DNA of 60,554 nt, the filler included. It is 6 parts of 6 records of this genome, joined end to end, with 100 filler letters (N's around TTAATTAATTAA, not from the genome) between each part and the next. Parts side by side here need not be neighbours in the genome. Positions count along the whole stretch, not along the records: positions 9,760 to 15,369 come from DRR723986_3046; positions 15,470 to 21,991 come from DRR723986_3047; 4 more parts are not named here. The stretch is one strand, 5' to 3'. Positions 9,760-19,507 of the stretch are shown here, one piece after another (the first letter of the stretch is position 1; every line of letters begins with the position of its first letter). The notes under the pieces were generated by a model. That model had not been told where the DNA came from and made no database searches. It worked only from the letters and a program-made list of their open reading frames with translations. The position numbers were made by a program, and so were the translations under genes.

Positions 9760-10408
9760 CCGCCCGCCCCTCCTTGCGTCCCCGGGCGAGAACCAGCCGG
9801 GGCGCCCGGCCTTCCCGCGGGATCAGCGGCCAGAGTTCCAGCGCGCCGAGGTGAGCATCGAGCGCGGCCAGCAACTCGGGCAGGCGCTCGGCGCGTTGGA
9901 TGAAGGTGGCGTAGCCGCGCGGTTTCAGCCGCCGGGAGGCCGCCGCCACCCAGGCTTCCAGCGGCGTTTCCCCGGCCCGGGCGATCTCGCGCGCGGCATC
10001 GGTTGCGGGTTTGCGGCGGCGCGGGTCGAAATAGGGCGGGTTGGCGATCACCGCGTCGAAGCGCTCTGCCCGCATGGCGGCGGGGGGCGCGGCGAGGTCG
10101 CCTTCCCATATGTCCCCGGCAAGCCCGTTTTCGGCGAGGTTCCGGCGGGCGAGCGCGGCATAGCCCGGCTGAAGCTCCAGCCCCGCCAGCCTGAGACCGG
10201 GCACCCGCACGCCGAGGCAGCACAGCGCCGGCGCCGCGCCGCAGCCCAGTTCCAGCACCGCCTGCCCCGGCCTTACCTCCACCGAGGCCGCGAGCAGCAC
10301 CGGGTCGGTGCCCGCCCGGTAGCCCTCGCGCGGCTGGAAGACATGCACGCGCCGCCCAAGCATGGCGTCGCGGGTCAGGTCCGCCTCGGCGAAGGGCTCA
10401 GTCCTCAA
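9760..10408 (-). CDS. tRNA1(Val) A37 N6-methyltransferase-like, 3' truncated
   Basis: QPREGYRAGTDPVLLAA, VLELGCG, NPPYF; homologue of 5752-6504; probable TTG start overlapping DUF2007. Confidence 0.83.
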
Positions 10409-10613
10409 ACCGCACCCCGGCCTCGCGCAGGATGCGCCGGGCGGCATCCGCCTGATCGCTGCGCACCATCAGGCGCCGCGGCAATATGCCGATGGAGCCT
10501 TCGAGGACGCTCATGTTTACGTCCAATTCAAAGCTGTCTATATCCTCACCGTCGAGGATGGACCTCACGAGCGGGATCAGGGTGATGTCGTTGGTGCGCA
10601 AGAGTTCTTCCAT
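10398..10613 (-). CDS. DUF2007-family small protein (71 aa)
   Basis: MEELLRTNDITLIPLVRSILDGEDI...MSVLEGSIGILPRRLMV. Confidence 0.85.
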   Translation of the reverse strand: MEELLRTNDITLIPLVRSILDGEDIDSFELDVNMSVLEGSIGILPRRLMVRSDQADAARRILREAGVRFED

Positions 10614-10667
10614 GAGCGCGATGTAAGGACAGGGCCCCCGCCTTGTCGAGCCTTGCAGGGGAGATTG

Positions 10668-11666
10668 ATGAGCTTGGACACGAGCCTGTCGAAACCGCAT
10701 GAACGGCTGGCTGCGCTGCTGGCCGAGGACATGGCGCTGGTCAACGCGCTGATCCGCGAGCGGATGGCGTCGGAACACGCGCCGCGCATCCCCGAGGTCA
10801 CCGCCCATCTGGTCGAGGCCGGGGGCAAGCGCCTGCGCCCTCTGCTGACGCTCGCCTCGGCGCGTCTGTGCGGCTACGGCGGGCCCTACCACACCCATCT
10901 TGCGGCGACGGTGGAGTTCATCCACACCGCGACCCTGCTGCATGACGACGTGGTCGACGAAAGCGCCAAGCGGCGCGGGCGTCCGACGGCCAACCTGTTG
11001 TGGGACAACAAGTCTTCGGTGCTGGTGGGCGATTATCTCTTTGCGCGGTCGTTCCAGTTGATGACCGAGACGGGCAACCTGCGCGTGCTACGGATCCTGT
11101 CCGACGCGGCGGCGACCATCGCCGAGGGCGAGGTGCTGCAACTGACCGCGGCGCAGGATCTTTCGACCACCGAGGCGATCTATCTGCAGGTGGTGCGCGG
11201 CAAGACGGCGGCGCTGTTTTCCGCCGCGACCGAAGTGGGTGGCGTGATCGCGGGCCGGCCCGAGGAGGAGGTGCAGGCGCTTTTCGACTACGGGGATGCG
11301 CTGGGGATCGCCTTTCAGATCGTCGACGACCTGCTGGACTACTGGGGCGGCGAGGCCACCGGCAAGAACGTCGGCGACGACTTCCGCGAGCGCAAACTGA
11401 CGCTGCCGCTGATCAAGGCCTTTGCCGCCGCCGACGACGAGGAGCGCGCCTTCTGGAAGCGGGTCATCGAAAAGGGTGACCAGCGCGAGGGCGATCTGGA
11501 GCACGCGCTGGAGTTGCTGAACCGCCACGGAGCCTTGGAGGCGGTGCGGCAAGAGGCGCTGGGTTGGGCCGCCAAGGCGCGCGACGCCATGGGCCGCCTG
11601 CCCGCCGGAGAGATGCGCGACCTGCTGATCGAATTGAGCGACTACGTGGTCAGCCGCGTCAACTGA
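10668..11666 (+). CDS. ispB: Polyprenyl diphosphate synthase
   Basis: GGKRLRP, LLHDDVVD, FQIVDDLLD. Confidence 0.93.
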   Translation: MSLDTSLSKPHERLAALLAEDMALVNALIRERMASEHAPRIPEVTAHLVEAGGKRLRPLLTLASARLCGYGGPYHTHLAATVEFIHTATLLHDDVVDESAKRRGRPTANLLWDNKSSVLVGDYLFARSFQLMTETGNLRVLRILSDAAATIAEGEVLQLTAAQDLSTTEAIYLQVVRGKTAALFSAATEVGGVIAGRPEEEVQALFDYGDALGIAFQIVDDLLDYWGGEATGKNVGDDFRERKLTLPLIKAFAAADDEERAFWKRVIEKGDQREGDLEHALELLNRHGALEAVRQEALGWAAKARDAMGRLPAGEMRDLLIELSDYVVSRVN

Positions 11667-12483
11667 GCGTTGCGGGGGTGATCCACCAATCCGGGTGCCT
11701 CTGGCGCAGGGCCGTAGCTGCGGCCTCTGCCGTGCTCCGGTCGTCGTATAGCGCAAAGCAGGTGGCGCCAGAGCCGGACATGCGCGCCAGCCGCGCGCCC
11801 GGCGTGGCCTGCAACGCGTCGAGGACATCGGCGATCACCGGCTGCACGGCGATGGCGGGGGCCTGCAGGTCGTTGCGCTGAGCCCGCAGCCAATCGACGG
11901 CAGCGGGGGTGCCGCCGCCCTCGGGCATCTCGGACATCTCTGGATTATCCTTGCTTGACAGAGCCTTGAACACCTGCGGCGTGGGTACATCGACGCCCGG
12001 GTTCACCAGAACCGCCTGCATCGGCTGCATGAAAAGCGGCAGGACCTGCTCTCCGATCCCGCGCATCCGGGCGGCGTGACCCACGGTGCAGACCGGGACA
12101 TCGGCCCCCAGCCGCTCGACCCCGTCGTAGGGGAAAGGCCGACCGTAAAGCGCCTCCATCGCCCGCAGGACAGCGGCGGCATCGGAAGAGCCGCCGCCGA
12201 TCCCGGCAGCGGCGGGCAGGTGCTTGTCCAGCGTGATCGCCACGGCCGAGCCGTACCACTCCGCCGCTTTCCAGCACAGGTTGCGCGCGTCCGTGGGCAC
12301 GCCCGCCGCCCGGGGGCCGGTGACGGTCAGGCTGATGTCCGGCGCGTCCGAGACCGTCACCACGTCGCCCACATCGGCAAACATGACGAGGCTGTCGAGC
12401 AGGTGGTAGCCATCGGCCCGAAGGCCGGTGACATGCAGGGTCAGGTTGATCTTGGCCGGCGCGAAGGCCCTACTGGGAGGCAT
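11659..12483 (-). CDS. ispE: CDP-ME kinase
   Basis: [33 protein letters not shown]. Confidence 0.95.
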   Translation of the reverse strand: MPPSRAFAPAKINLTLHVTGLRADGYHLLDSLVMFADVGDVVTVSDAPDISLTVTGPRAAGVPTDARNLCWKAAEWYGSAVAITLDKHLPAAAGIGGGSSDAAAVLRAMEALYGRPFPYDGVERLGADVPVCTVGHAARMRGIGEQVLPLFMQPMQAVLVNPGVDVPTPQVFKALSSKDNPEMSEMPEGGGTPAAVDWLRAQRNDLQAPAIAVQPVIADVLDALQATPGARLARMSGSGATCFALYDDRSTAEAAATALRQRHPDWWITPATLS

Positions 12484-14203
12484 CGGCCCTCAGGAGCGGC
12501 GGCTCGCCATCCTCGGAGAGCACCGCGTCGAGGCCAACCTCGATCTTGCGGCGGATGCGGTCCACATCGGCCTCTTCGGCGGAGTCGCTCATGTCGGCGA
12601 AGGAGAGCGCGCGTTTCCACATGAACTCGGCCTCGCGCTCGCGCCCGACGGCCCAATAGACGTCCCCGAGATGGTCGTTCACGATCGGGTCGATGGGCAT
12701 GAGTTCGGCCGCCCGCTCCATGTGGGGGACCGCCTCTTCGTAGCGACCGAGGCGGTAGTAGACCCAGCCGAGGCTGTCGACGATATAGCCGGAATCGGGC
12801 CGCGCGGCGACGGCGCGTTCGATCATGTCCAGCGCCTCGTCGAGCTTCAGTTCCTTTTGCACCAGCGAATAGCCGAGGTAGTTCAGAACCTGCGGCTGCT
12901 CCGGGTTCAGCTCCAGTGCCTTGCGGAAATCGGCCTCTGCCTCGGGCCATTTGTCCTGCCGTTCCAAGGTGATGGCCCGGGCATAGTAAAGGAACCACTG
13001 GCGCGGTGTCTCTTCCTCGAAGGCGGCGAGGGCGTTGGTATAGGCCTCCGTCGCCTCGGGCAGACGCTCTTCCTGACGATAAAGGTCGCCAAGCGTGCTG
13101 TAGAGCGATGGCAGATCGGCGTGCTCCCCGGTCAGCCCCTCCAGAAGCGCGATCGCCTCGGCGGGGTTGCCTTGGGCGCGCAGCGCCTCCGCCCGGCCAA
13201 GAGCGGCCGCATGCCACGCGCTGTCCTCCTCCGGCACCTTCTCGTAGGCGGCGATGGCAAGGTCGTATTGCTCCATCCCCGACAGGATTTCGGCGGTCAG
13301 AAGCAGCGCGTCGATGTGGTCGGCCCGCAGGTAGGTCGCCATCTGCACGTACAGAAGGGTCAGGTCGTCGCTGCCCTCGTTCGAGAGCGCGCCGCCGAGG
13401 GTGTAGAAGACTTCCGCCATGCCGTCGCGCGGGGTGCCGACCTGCGTGAAGGCCAGTTTCTCGCCGGCGGCCAGCTGATCCCGGATCGTCGTCAGACCGG
13501 GGTCGAGGTTCCGCCCGAAGGAGGTGTCGAGCAGCTCCAGCGCCTCCTGGTTGCGGTCGAGCTGGCTGAGGATCTGGATGCGCGCGATCACGCCGCGGCG
13601 GGTCGAGGCCATGCCCGAGGTGCCATCCCCGGCAAAGAGCGCGCTGGCGCTGTCGAAGTCCCCGACGGAGGCCAGCGCAAGCGCCTTGTGATAGGTCGAG
13701 AAGGACCCGAGGCCCGGCACCTTGGCCACCTCGTCGAAGGCCAGCACCGCGGCGCTCATGTCGCCCTGCCCCAGTTGCGCCCAGGCCTTGATGAGCCCGT
13801 CCGCAAGCGGGCCTGCGCCGCGCTTGTCCTCGATCGCCTTGAGGATGGGGCCGTAGTTCTCGGCCCGGGCGTCGCGGGCGATGGTGGCCATCTGCGCGAT
13901 CTGGCTGACGTGACCGTCCTGCTGCAACCGTTCCGCAAGGGTCGAGGCACGGTCGACTTCGCCCAGCGAGAGATTGGCGAGGATGCCCCGTTCCAGCAGT
14001 TCCGGGCGTCCCGGATCGAAGGCCAGCGCGCGGCTGTAGTAATGGGCCGCCGACTTGAAGTCACCGGCGAAGCTGGCCTGCCGCGCGGCGAGGTAGTCGC
14101 CCGCGATGCCATTGGCCACCACCGGCAGAGGGGCCGTCAGGAACAGGGCCGCAAGGCCCGCGCGAAGTCCGTTTGCCAAAGCCGCCAAGATGAGTGCCTC
14201 CAT
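12470..14203 (-). CDS. Exported tetratricopeptide-repeat protein
   Basis: Homologue of 1949-3643; start is ATG 14203 or TTG 14188 (after GGAGG). Confidence 0.88.
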   Translation of the reverse strand: MEALILAALANGLRAGLAALFLTAPLPVVANGIAGDYLAARQASFAGDFKSAAHYYSRALAFDPGRPELLERGILANLSLGEVDRASTLAERLQQDGHVSQIAQMATIARDARAENYGPILKAIEDKRGAGPLADGLIKAWAQLGQGDMSAAVLAFDEVAKVPGLGSFSTYHKALALASVGDFDSASALFAGDGTSGMASTRRGVIARIQILSQLDRNQEALELLDTSFGRNLDPGLTTIRDQLAAGEKLAFTQVGTPRDGMAEVFYTLGGALSNEGSDDLTLLYVQMATYLRADHIDALLLTAEILSGMEQYDLAIAAYEKVPEEDSAWHAAALGRAEALRAQGNPAEAIALLEGLTGEHADLPSLYSTLGDLYRQEERLPEATEAYTNALAAFEEETPRQWFLYYARAITLERQDKWPEAEADFRKALELNPEQPQVLNYLGYSLVQKELKLDEALDMIERAVAARPDSGYIVDSLGWVYYRLGRYEEAVPHMERAAELMPIDPIVNDHLGDVYWAVGREREAEFMWKRALSFADMSDSAEEADVDRIRRKIEVGLDAVLSEDGEPPLLRADASQ

Positions 14204-14333
14204 TGGTCTGCGCCCGTTGCGTCGAAGCCTAGCGGTCCGGCGCCCATGGTGCAATCGCGACAATCCCTACCCGGGGGCCCATCCTGCGCCTCGCCCGCTG
14301 CACGATTGCGTGAGGCCCGCGCGCCTTGCACCC

Positions 14334-14624
14334 TCAGATGCAGGCGAGGTCGCGATACTGGCGCAGGTTCGCCAGTTGCGCGGGTGTCAGCGCCTGCGCG
14401 AACCGCAGCGCCGCGCCCGTGGTCGTGACCCGCACCACCTCTGCCGGAACAGGCCTGCGCATGACGCTCAGGCGCACCCGGTCGCCCACCGACACCGGCA
14501 GGACGCCCTTGGCGAACAGCCCCGTGGCACTGACGTTGGACACCCGCGCGGCGAAGGCCCCGTGAACGGTCTCGAGCTCGAAACCCCAGGCGCTTGGCCA
14601 GCGATCCGCCCTTTGCTGCAGCAT
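14334..14624 (-). CDS. Stand-alone PilZ-domain protein (96 aa)
   Basis: QRADR plus NVSATG match the PilZ (R/Q)xxxR and (D/N)xSxxG motifs; later VVR...AALRF beta strands; GGAG SD. Confidence 0.72.
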   Translation of the reverse strand: MLQQRADRWPSAWGFELETVHGAFAARVSNVSATGLFAKGVLPVSVGDRVRLSVMRRPVPAEVVRVTTTGAALRFAQALTPAQLANLRQYRDLACI

Positions 14625-14714
14625 TCCGGTCTCCGGCAAAGCCGGGGCGCCGTGCGCGCCCCGTATCCCTGCCAAGGACCATGCGCCCGATGGGTTAAGA
14701 AAGCCCTTAGGCCC

Positions 14715-15369
14715 TTACATATTGGGGTAGTTCGGGCCATCCCCGCCCTGCGGCACGGTCCAGTGGATGTTCTGGCTGGGGTCCTTGATGTCGCAGGTCT
14801 TGCAGTGCACGCAGTTCTGGAAGTTGATGACGAAACGCGGCTCCTTGCCCTCTTCGCGCACCACCTCGTAGACGCCCGCCGGGCAGTAACGCTGCGCCGG
14901 CTCGTCGTATTTCGGCAGGTTCTCGGCGATCGGCACCTCGGGGTTCTTCAGCTTCAGATGCGCGGGCTGGCTTTCCTCGTGGTTGGTGAAGCTGAACGAG
15001 ACGTTCGTCAGCCGGTCGAAGGACAGCGTGCCGTCGGGCTTGGGGTAGTCGATGGGCTTGTGGGAATAGACCTTCTCGGTCGCCTCGGCATCGGTCTTGC
15101 CGTGGCCCAGCGTGCCGAAGACGGACAGGCCGAACAGCTGGTTCGTCCACATGTCGAAGCCGCCCAGCGCCAGCGATGCGGTCAGCCCGTATTTCGACCA
15201 CAAGGGTTTGACGTTGCGCACCTTCTTCAGGTCGGCGCCGATGGCGCCCGTGCGCACCTCGGCCTCGTAGGCGGTCAGCTCGTCGCTCGCGCGGCCGGCC
15301 TGCAACGCCGCGTGCGCCGCCTCTGCCGCGGCCTTGCCGGACAGCATGGCGTTGTGGTTGCCCTTGATG
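14715..15369 (-). CDS. ETF-ubiquinone oxidoreductase, 5' truncated
   Basis: CPAGVYE...[13 protein letters not shown]...GPNYPNM. Confidence 0.93.
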
Positions 15370-15469
15370 NNNNNNNNNNNNNNNNNNNNNNNNNNNNNNN
15401 NNNNNNNNNNNNNTTAATTAATTAANNNNNNNNNNNNNNNNNNNNNNNNNNNNNNNNNNNNNNNNNNNN
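15370..15469. other. Artificial contig spacer
   Basis: N-run/TTAATTAATTAA/N-run. Confidence 0.98.
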
Positions 15470-15813
15470 GGGTGGAACTTGACCAGCCACAGGATCGAGT
15501 TGGGGCGGTCCTGACGCTTGGACAGCGGGGTATAGCGCGGGCCGCGACGCTTTTCCTCGCCCACGGCAGCGGGGTTGAATTTCAGCTTCAGCTTGCGCGC
15601 CGGGTCTTTCTCGGCGGCGTCGATTTCGTCCTGGGTCAGTTGGTTGTTGGCGACCGGGTCAAAGCCCTTGACGCCTGCCGCCACATCGCCGTCTGCGATG
15701 CCCTGAACCTCCAGCTCGTGCAGGCCACAGAAATCGCCGATCTGCTTGAACGAAAGCGTGGTGTTGTCCACCAGCCAGACGGCTGTGGCTTTTGCCATGA
15801 TCGGTTTGTTCAT
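15470..15813 (-). CDS. trcR: DUF1013-family cell-cycle transcriptional regulator TrcR, 3' truncated
   Basis: PIMAKATAVWLVDNTTLSFKQI.DFCGLHELEVQGIADG, GPRYTPLSKRQDRP. Confidence 0.85.
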
Positions 15814-15944
15814 CTCGGTCGCTCCTTCGCGAAAACAAATCTCCCCTGTGCCGTGACTCGGCTGGCGGGGCGGGCCCCGCGCTTCCTTATTGTAAGGGAG
15901 GTCGAGGCGTATATAAGCGGGAAGGCACGACTTGGGAAGGGCAA

Positions 15945-16577
15945 ATGATCAGAGCGATTTTGGCATTTATCATGCTGGCAGGCGTGGCGCGGGCCGACGG
16001 GGAACCGGCGGGGGATTTCGATTACTACGTCATGGCGCTTAGCTGGACTCCCTCCTGGTGTGCCATCGAAGGCGATGACCGGGATTCGCCGCAATGCGAT
16101 CCGGGGCAGGGGTTTGGGTTCACCCTGCACGGCCTCTGGCCGCAATACGAAGATGGCTGGCCCGCCTTCTGCCCGACGGTGGAACGCAACCCGTCGCGCG
16201 GGATGACCAATGGCATGGCCGATATCATGGGCACGTCCGGCCTGGCATGGTATCAGTGGAACAAGCATGGGGTGTGCTCGGGCCTGTCAGCCAGCGACTA
16301 CTACGCCCTGTCGCGCCTGGCCTATGAAAGCGTCGAACGCCCGGCCCTGCTGCGCCAGTTGAACCGAGAGGTGCGCCTGCCCGCCGAAGTGATCGAAGAC
16401 GCGTTTCTGGAGGCCAACCCGCAGTTGACCGACGACATGCTGACCGTCACCTGTCGCGCAGGTCGCGTGCAGGAGGTCCGCATTTGCCTGACCCGAGAGC
16501 TGGAACCGCGCGCCTGCGCACCGGATGTGGCGCGCGACTGCACCCTGACCGACGCGCTGTTTTCCCCGATGCGGTGA
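15945..16577 (+). CDS. Periplasmic ribonuclease T2 family protein
   Basis: Signal peptide, FDYYVMALSW, CAS I FTLHGLWP, CAS II YQWNKHGVC. Confidence 0.92.
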   Translation: MIRAILAFIMLAGVARADGEPAGDFDYYVMALSWTPSWCAIEGDDRDSPQCDPGQGFGFTLHGLWPQYEDGWPAFCPTVERNPSRGMTNGMADIMGTSGLAWYQWNKHGVCSGLSASDYYALSRLAYESVERPALLRQLNREVRLPAEVIEDAFLEANPQLTDDMLTVTCRAGRVQEVRICLTRELEPRACAPDVARDCTLTDALFSPMR

Positions 16578-16659
16578 CGCCTGCCCTATCGGGCGTCTTT
16601 GACAGGTTCGGCGCACTGGCCTATCAGCGTCTGGCAATCGTCACGCAAGGATCCCTGCC

Positions 16660-18066
16660 ATGGCCCTGACCGACCCGGACCGCCTGTTCCCGCTTGATCC
16701 GGGCGCGCGCGGGCTGGCACGGGCGCTTTATGATCACGTTGCGGACCTGCCGATCATCAGCCCCCATGGCCATTGCGATCCGGCATGGTTTGCCGCCAAT
16801 GGCCGCTTTCCGAATCCCGCCGCGCTCTTTGTGATCCCCGACCATTACGTGTTCAGGATGCTGGTTTCTCAGGGCGTACCCCTGGCCGATCTTGGGGTGC
16901 CCTCTGCCGATGGTCGCCCTGTTGAACCCGATCCCCGCGTGATCTGGCGGCGGTTCGCCAGCCGTTTTCACCTGTTTCGCGGCACCCCGTCGGCCCTGTG
17001 GCTGAACCATGCGTTCGAACATGTTTTCGGCCTGACCGAGCCCCTGACCGCCGCAACCGCCGACGCAGCCTACGACCATATCGAGGCGCTGTTGGCGCAG
17101 GATGCCTTTCGCCCCCGCGCCCTGTTTGACCGGTTCAGGATCGAATGCCTCGCAACCACCGACAGCGCGCTGGATGACCTGTCCTCTCACGCCGTGATTG
17201 CCGCCAGTGCCTGGCCAGGTCGGGTGATCCCGACCTATCGGCCCGATACGGTCGTGGACCCGGAAACGCCCGGCTTTGCAGAGAATGTAGCGCAACTGGG
17301 CAGGCTGACGGGCGAGGACACGGCCACTTGGCAGGGCTATCTGGCCGCGCATCGCGCCCGACGGGCGGTCTTCAAACGGCACGGCGCAACCGCCAGTGAC
17401 CATGGCCATGCCAGCACCCGCACCGCAGACCTGCCCACAGAACAGGCCGCCGCTTTGTTCCACAAGGCCCTGTCTGGCCAATGCACGGCGGAGGAGGCGG
17501 ATCTGTTCCGCGGCCAGATGCTGACCGAGATGGCGCGGATGAGCCTTGATGACGGGTTGGTCATGCAGATCCACCCCGGTTCATGGCGCAACCATTCCGC
17601 GCAGGTGTTTGCAGGTTTTGGCCGGGACAGGGGTTTTGACATCCCCATGCGGGCGGATTTCGTGGGTGGGCTAAAGCCGCTGCTGGATGCTGTCGGGATG
17701 GAGCCCGATCTGACGATCATCCTGTTCACCCTCGATGAAACCACCCAGTCGCGCGAACTGGCGCCGCTGGCCGGGGCCTATCCGGCGCTGAAACTTGGCC
17801 CGCCATGGTGGTTCTTCGACAGCCCCGAAGGAATGCGCCGGTTCCGCGAGGCCACCACGGAAACCTGCGGCTTTTACAACACCGTCGGCTTCAACGACGA
17901 CACCCGCGCCTTTTGCTCGATCCCCTCCCGTCATGACGTCGCCCGCCGCACCGACTGCGCCTATCTGGCGACGTTGGTGCGCAGCGGGCGTCTACGGGAA
18001 GACGAGGCGTTCGAGCTGGCCCATGACCTCAGCTACCGATTGGCGAAGGAGGCCTATCGCCTGTGA
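16660..18066 (+). CDS. uxaC: Uronate (glucuronate) isomerase
   Basis: LPIISPHGH, PDHYVFRML, MQIHPG, PPWWFFD, FNDDTRAF..IPSRHD. Confidence 0.95.
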   Translation: MALTDPDRLFPLDPGARGLARALYDHVADLPIISPHGHCDPAWFAANGRFPNPAALFVIPDHYVFRMLVSQGVPLADLGVPSADGRPVEPDPRVIWRRFASRFHLFRGTPSALWLNHAFEHVFGLTEPLTAATADAAYDHIEALLAQDAFRPRALFDRFRIECLATTDSALDDLSSHAVIAASAWPGRVIPTYRPDTVVDPETPGFAENVAQLGRLTGEDTATWQGYLAAHRARRAVFKRHGATASDHGHASTRTADLPTEQAAALFHKALSGQCTAEEADLFRGQMLTEMARMSLDDGLVMQIHPGSWRNHSAQVFAGFGRDRGFDIPMRADFVGGLKPLLDAVGMEPDLTIILFTLDETTQSRELAPLAGAYPALKLGPPWWFFDSPEGMRRFREATTETCGFYNTVGFNDDTRAFCSIPSRHDVARRTDCAYLATLVRSGRLREDEAFELAHDLSYRLAKEAYRL

Positions 18067-19499
18067 CCACCCCCTGTCTTACCCGCACCGAGCCAGCCGC
18101 CCCCATTGGCATCGTTCATCTGGGCCCCGGTGCCTTCTTTCGCGCTTTCAACGCGGTCTATACCGCCGATGCCATGGCCCGTGACGGCGGCAGTTGGGGT
18201 ATCTGCGCGGTCAGCCTGCGCAGCCCCGATGCGCGCGATCATATGATGCCGCAGGGTGGGGCCTATACCGCCGTTTCGCTTGGCCCTGACGGGCCTCAGC
18301 CCCGCGTCATCCCGGCTGTATCAGAGGTGCTGGTTGCCCCCGAAAACCCCGCCGCCGTGCTGGATCGCATGACCGCGCCGGCCACGAAAATCGTGTCGCT
18401 GACGATCACCGAGAAGGGCTATTGCCACAACCCGGCCACCGGGCGGTTGCGCCTTGATGATCCCGATATCGCCCATGATCTGGCAAGCCCCGCGCAGCCC
18501 CGCAGCGCGCCGGGGTTTCTGGTCGAGGCGCTGAACCGCCGCCGTCTTGCCGGGGGTACCCCATTCACGGTGCTGTCTTGCGACAACCTGCCTGCCAATG
18601 GCCCGTTGGCGCGCGAAGTGGTGTTGGATTTCGCCCGTGCCCGTGACCCGCAATTGGCCGACTGGATTGCGGAAGCCGTAAAGTTTCCCGCCACGATGGT
18701 GGACCGGATCACCCCCGCGACAACGCCACAGGATGTTGAACGGCTGTCCGCGCTTACGGGCTATCACGACCCGGCCTGTGTCTGGCACGAACCGTTTCGC
18801 CAATGGGTGATCGAGGATGATTTCACCAATGCCGCCCGCCCCGGTTGGGATGCAGGCGGCGCGCAGTTCGTGCGCGATGTGTCAGCGTTCGAGACGATGA
18901 AACTGCGCTGCCTGAACGGCACCCATTCGGCGCTGGCCTATCTGGGCTATTTCGCAGGCTATGACACCGTGTCAGATACCGTCGCTGCCCCCGCTTTCGC
19001 GGCCCTGTGTGAAAAGCTGTGGCGGGACGAGATCCTGCCAACCGTTTCGCAGCCAGAGGGCGAAGACCTGCCCGCCTATACCGCTGCTCTTCTGACCCGC
19101 TATCGCAATCCGGCCATTCGGCACCGCACCTGGCAGATCGCGATGGATGGGTCGCAGAAACTGCCACAACGCGTTCTGGGTCCGGTGAAGGAGAGCCTTG
19201 CCGCGGGACGAGACGTGTCGGGCCTGGCGCTCGTCGTGGCGGCATGGATGCGCTATGTGGGTGGCGTCGATGAGGCGGGCCAGCCCATTGATGTGCGCGA
19301 CCCGCTGGCCGGTCACCTGCGCGCTGTGTCGGACGGGGCGGATGACCCCGCTGCCAAGGTCGCGGCGCTGCTGGCGGTCGATCAGATCTTCGACCCCGCC
19401 CTTGCCGCGCATCCCGGTTTTGCCGGGGCCGTCACCCGCGCCTATATCAGCCTTTGCCAAAACGGCGCAGCGGCCAGTGTCGCGGGTTACAGCACCTGA
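18063..19499 (+). CDS. uxuB: Mannitol dehydrogenase family protein (D-mannonate oxidoreductase)
   Basis: IVHLGPGAFFRA, LTITEKGY, SCDNL, MVDRITP, KLRCLNGTH, MDGSQKLPQR; coupled to uxaC. Confidence 0.85.
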   Translation: MTTPCLTRTEPAAPIGIVHLGPGAFFRAFNAVYTADAMARDGGSWGICAVSLRSPDARDHMMPQGGAYTAVSLGPDGPQPRVIPAVSEVLVAPENPAAVLDRMTAPATKIVSLTITEKGYCHNPATGRLRLDDPDIAHDLASPAQPRSAPGFLVEALNRRRLAGGTPFTVLSCDNLPANGPLAREVVLDFARARDPQLADWIAEAVKFPATMVDRITPATTPQDVERLSALTGYHDPACVWHEPFRQWVIEDDFTNAARPGWDAGGAQFVRDVSAFETMKLRCLNGTHSALAYLGYFAGYDTVSDTVAAPAFAALCEKLWRDEILPTVSQPEGEDLPAYTAALLTRYRNPAIRHRTWQIAMDGSQKLPQRVLGPVKESLAAGRDVSGLALVVAAWMRYVGGVDEAGQPIDVRDPLAGHLRAVSDGADDPAAKVAALLAVDQIFDPALAAHPGFAGAVTRAYISLCQNGAAASVAGYST

Positions 19500-19507
19500 A
19501 CCCCGTG

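Noticed and set aside
1949..14203. Inverted duplication of TPR-ispE-ispB-DUF2007-methyltransferase in one genome
   Set aside because: Copies are separated by a spacer, strongly diverged and differ in codon style; best read as orthologues from two organisms
12428..14428. 666-aa ORF on the plus strand
   Set aside because: Antisense shadow of the GC-rich TPR gene with no recognisable motifs
14691..14710. CtrA box upstream of the PilZ gene
   Set aside because: Spacing is N8 rather than N7; only a TTAAC half-site remains
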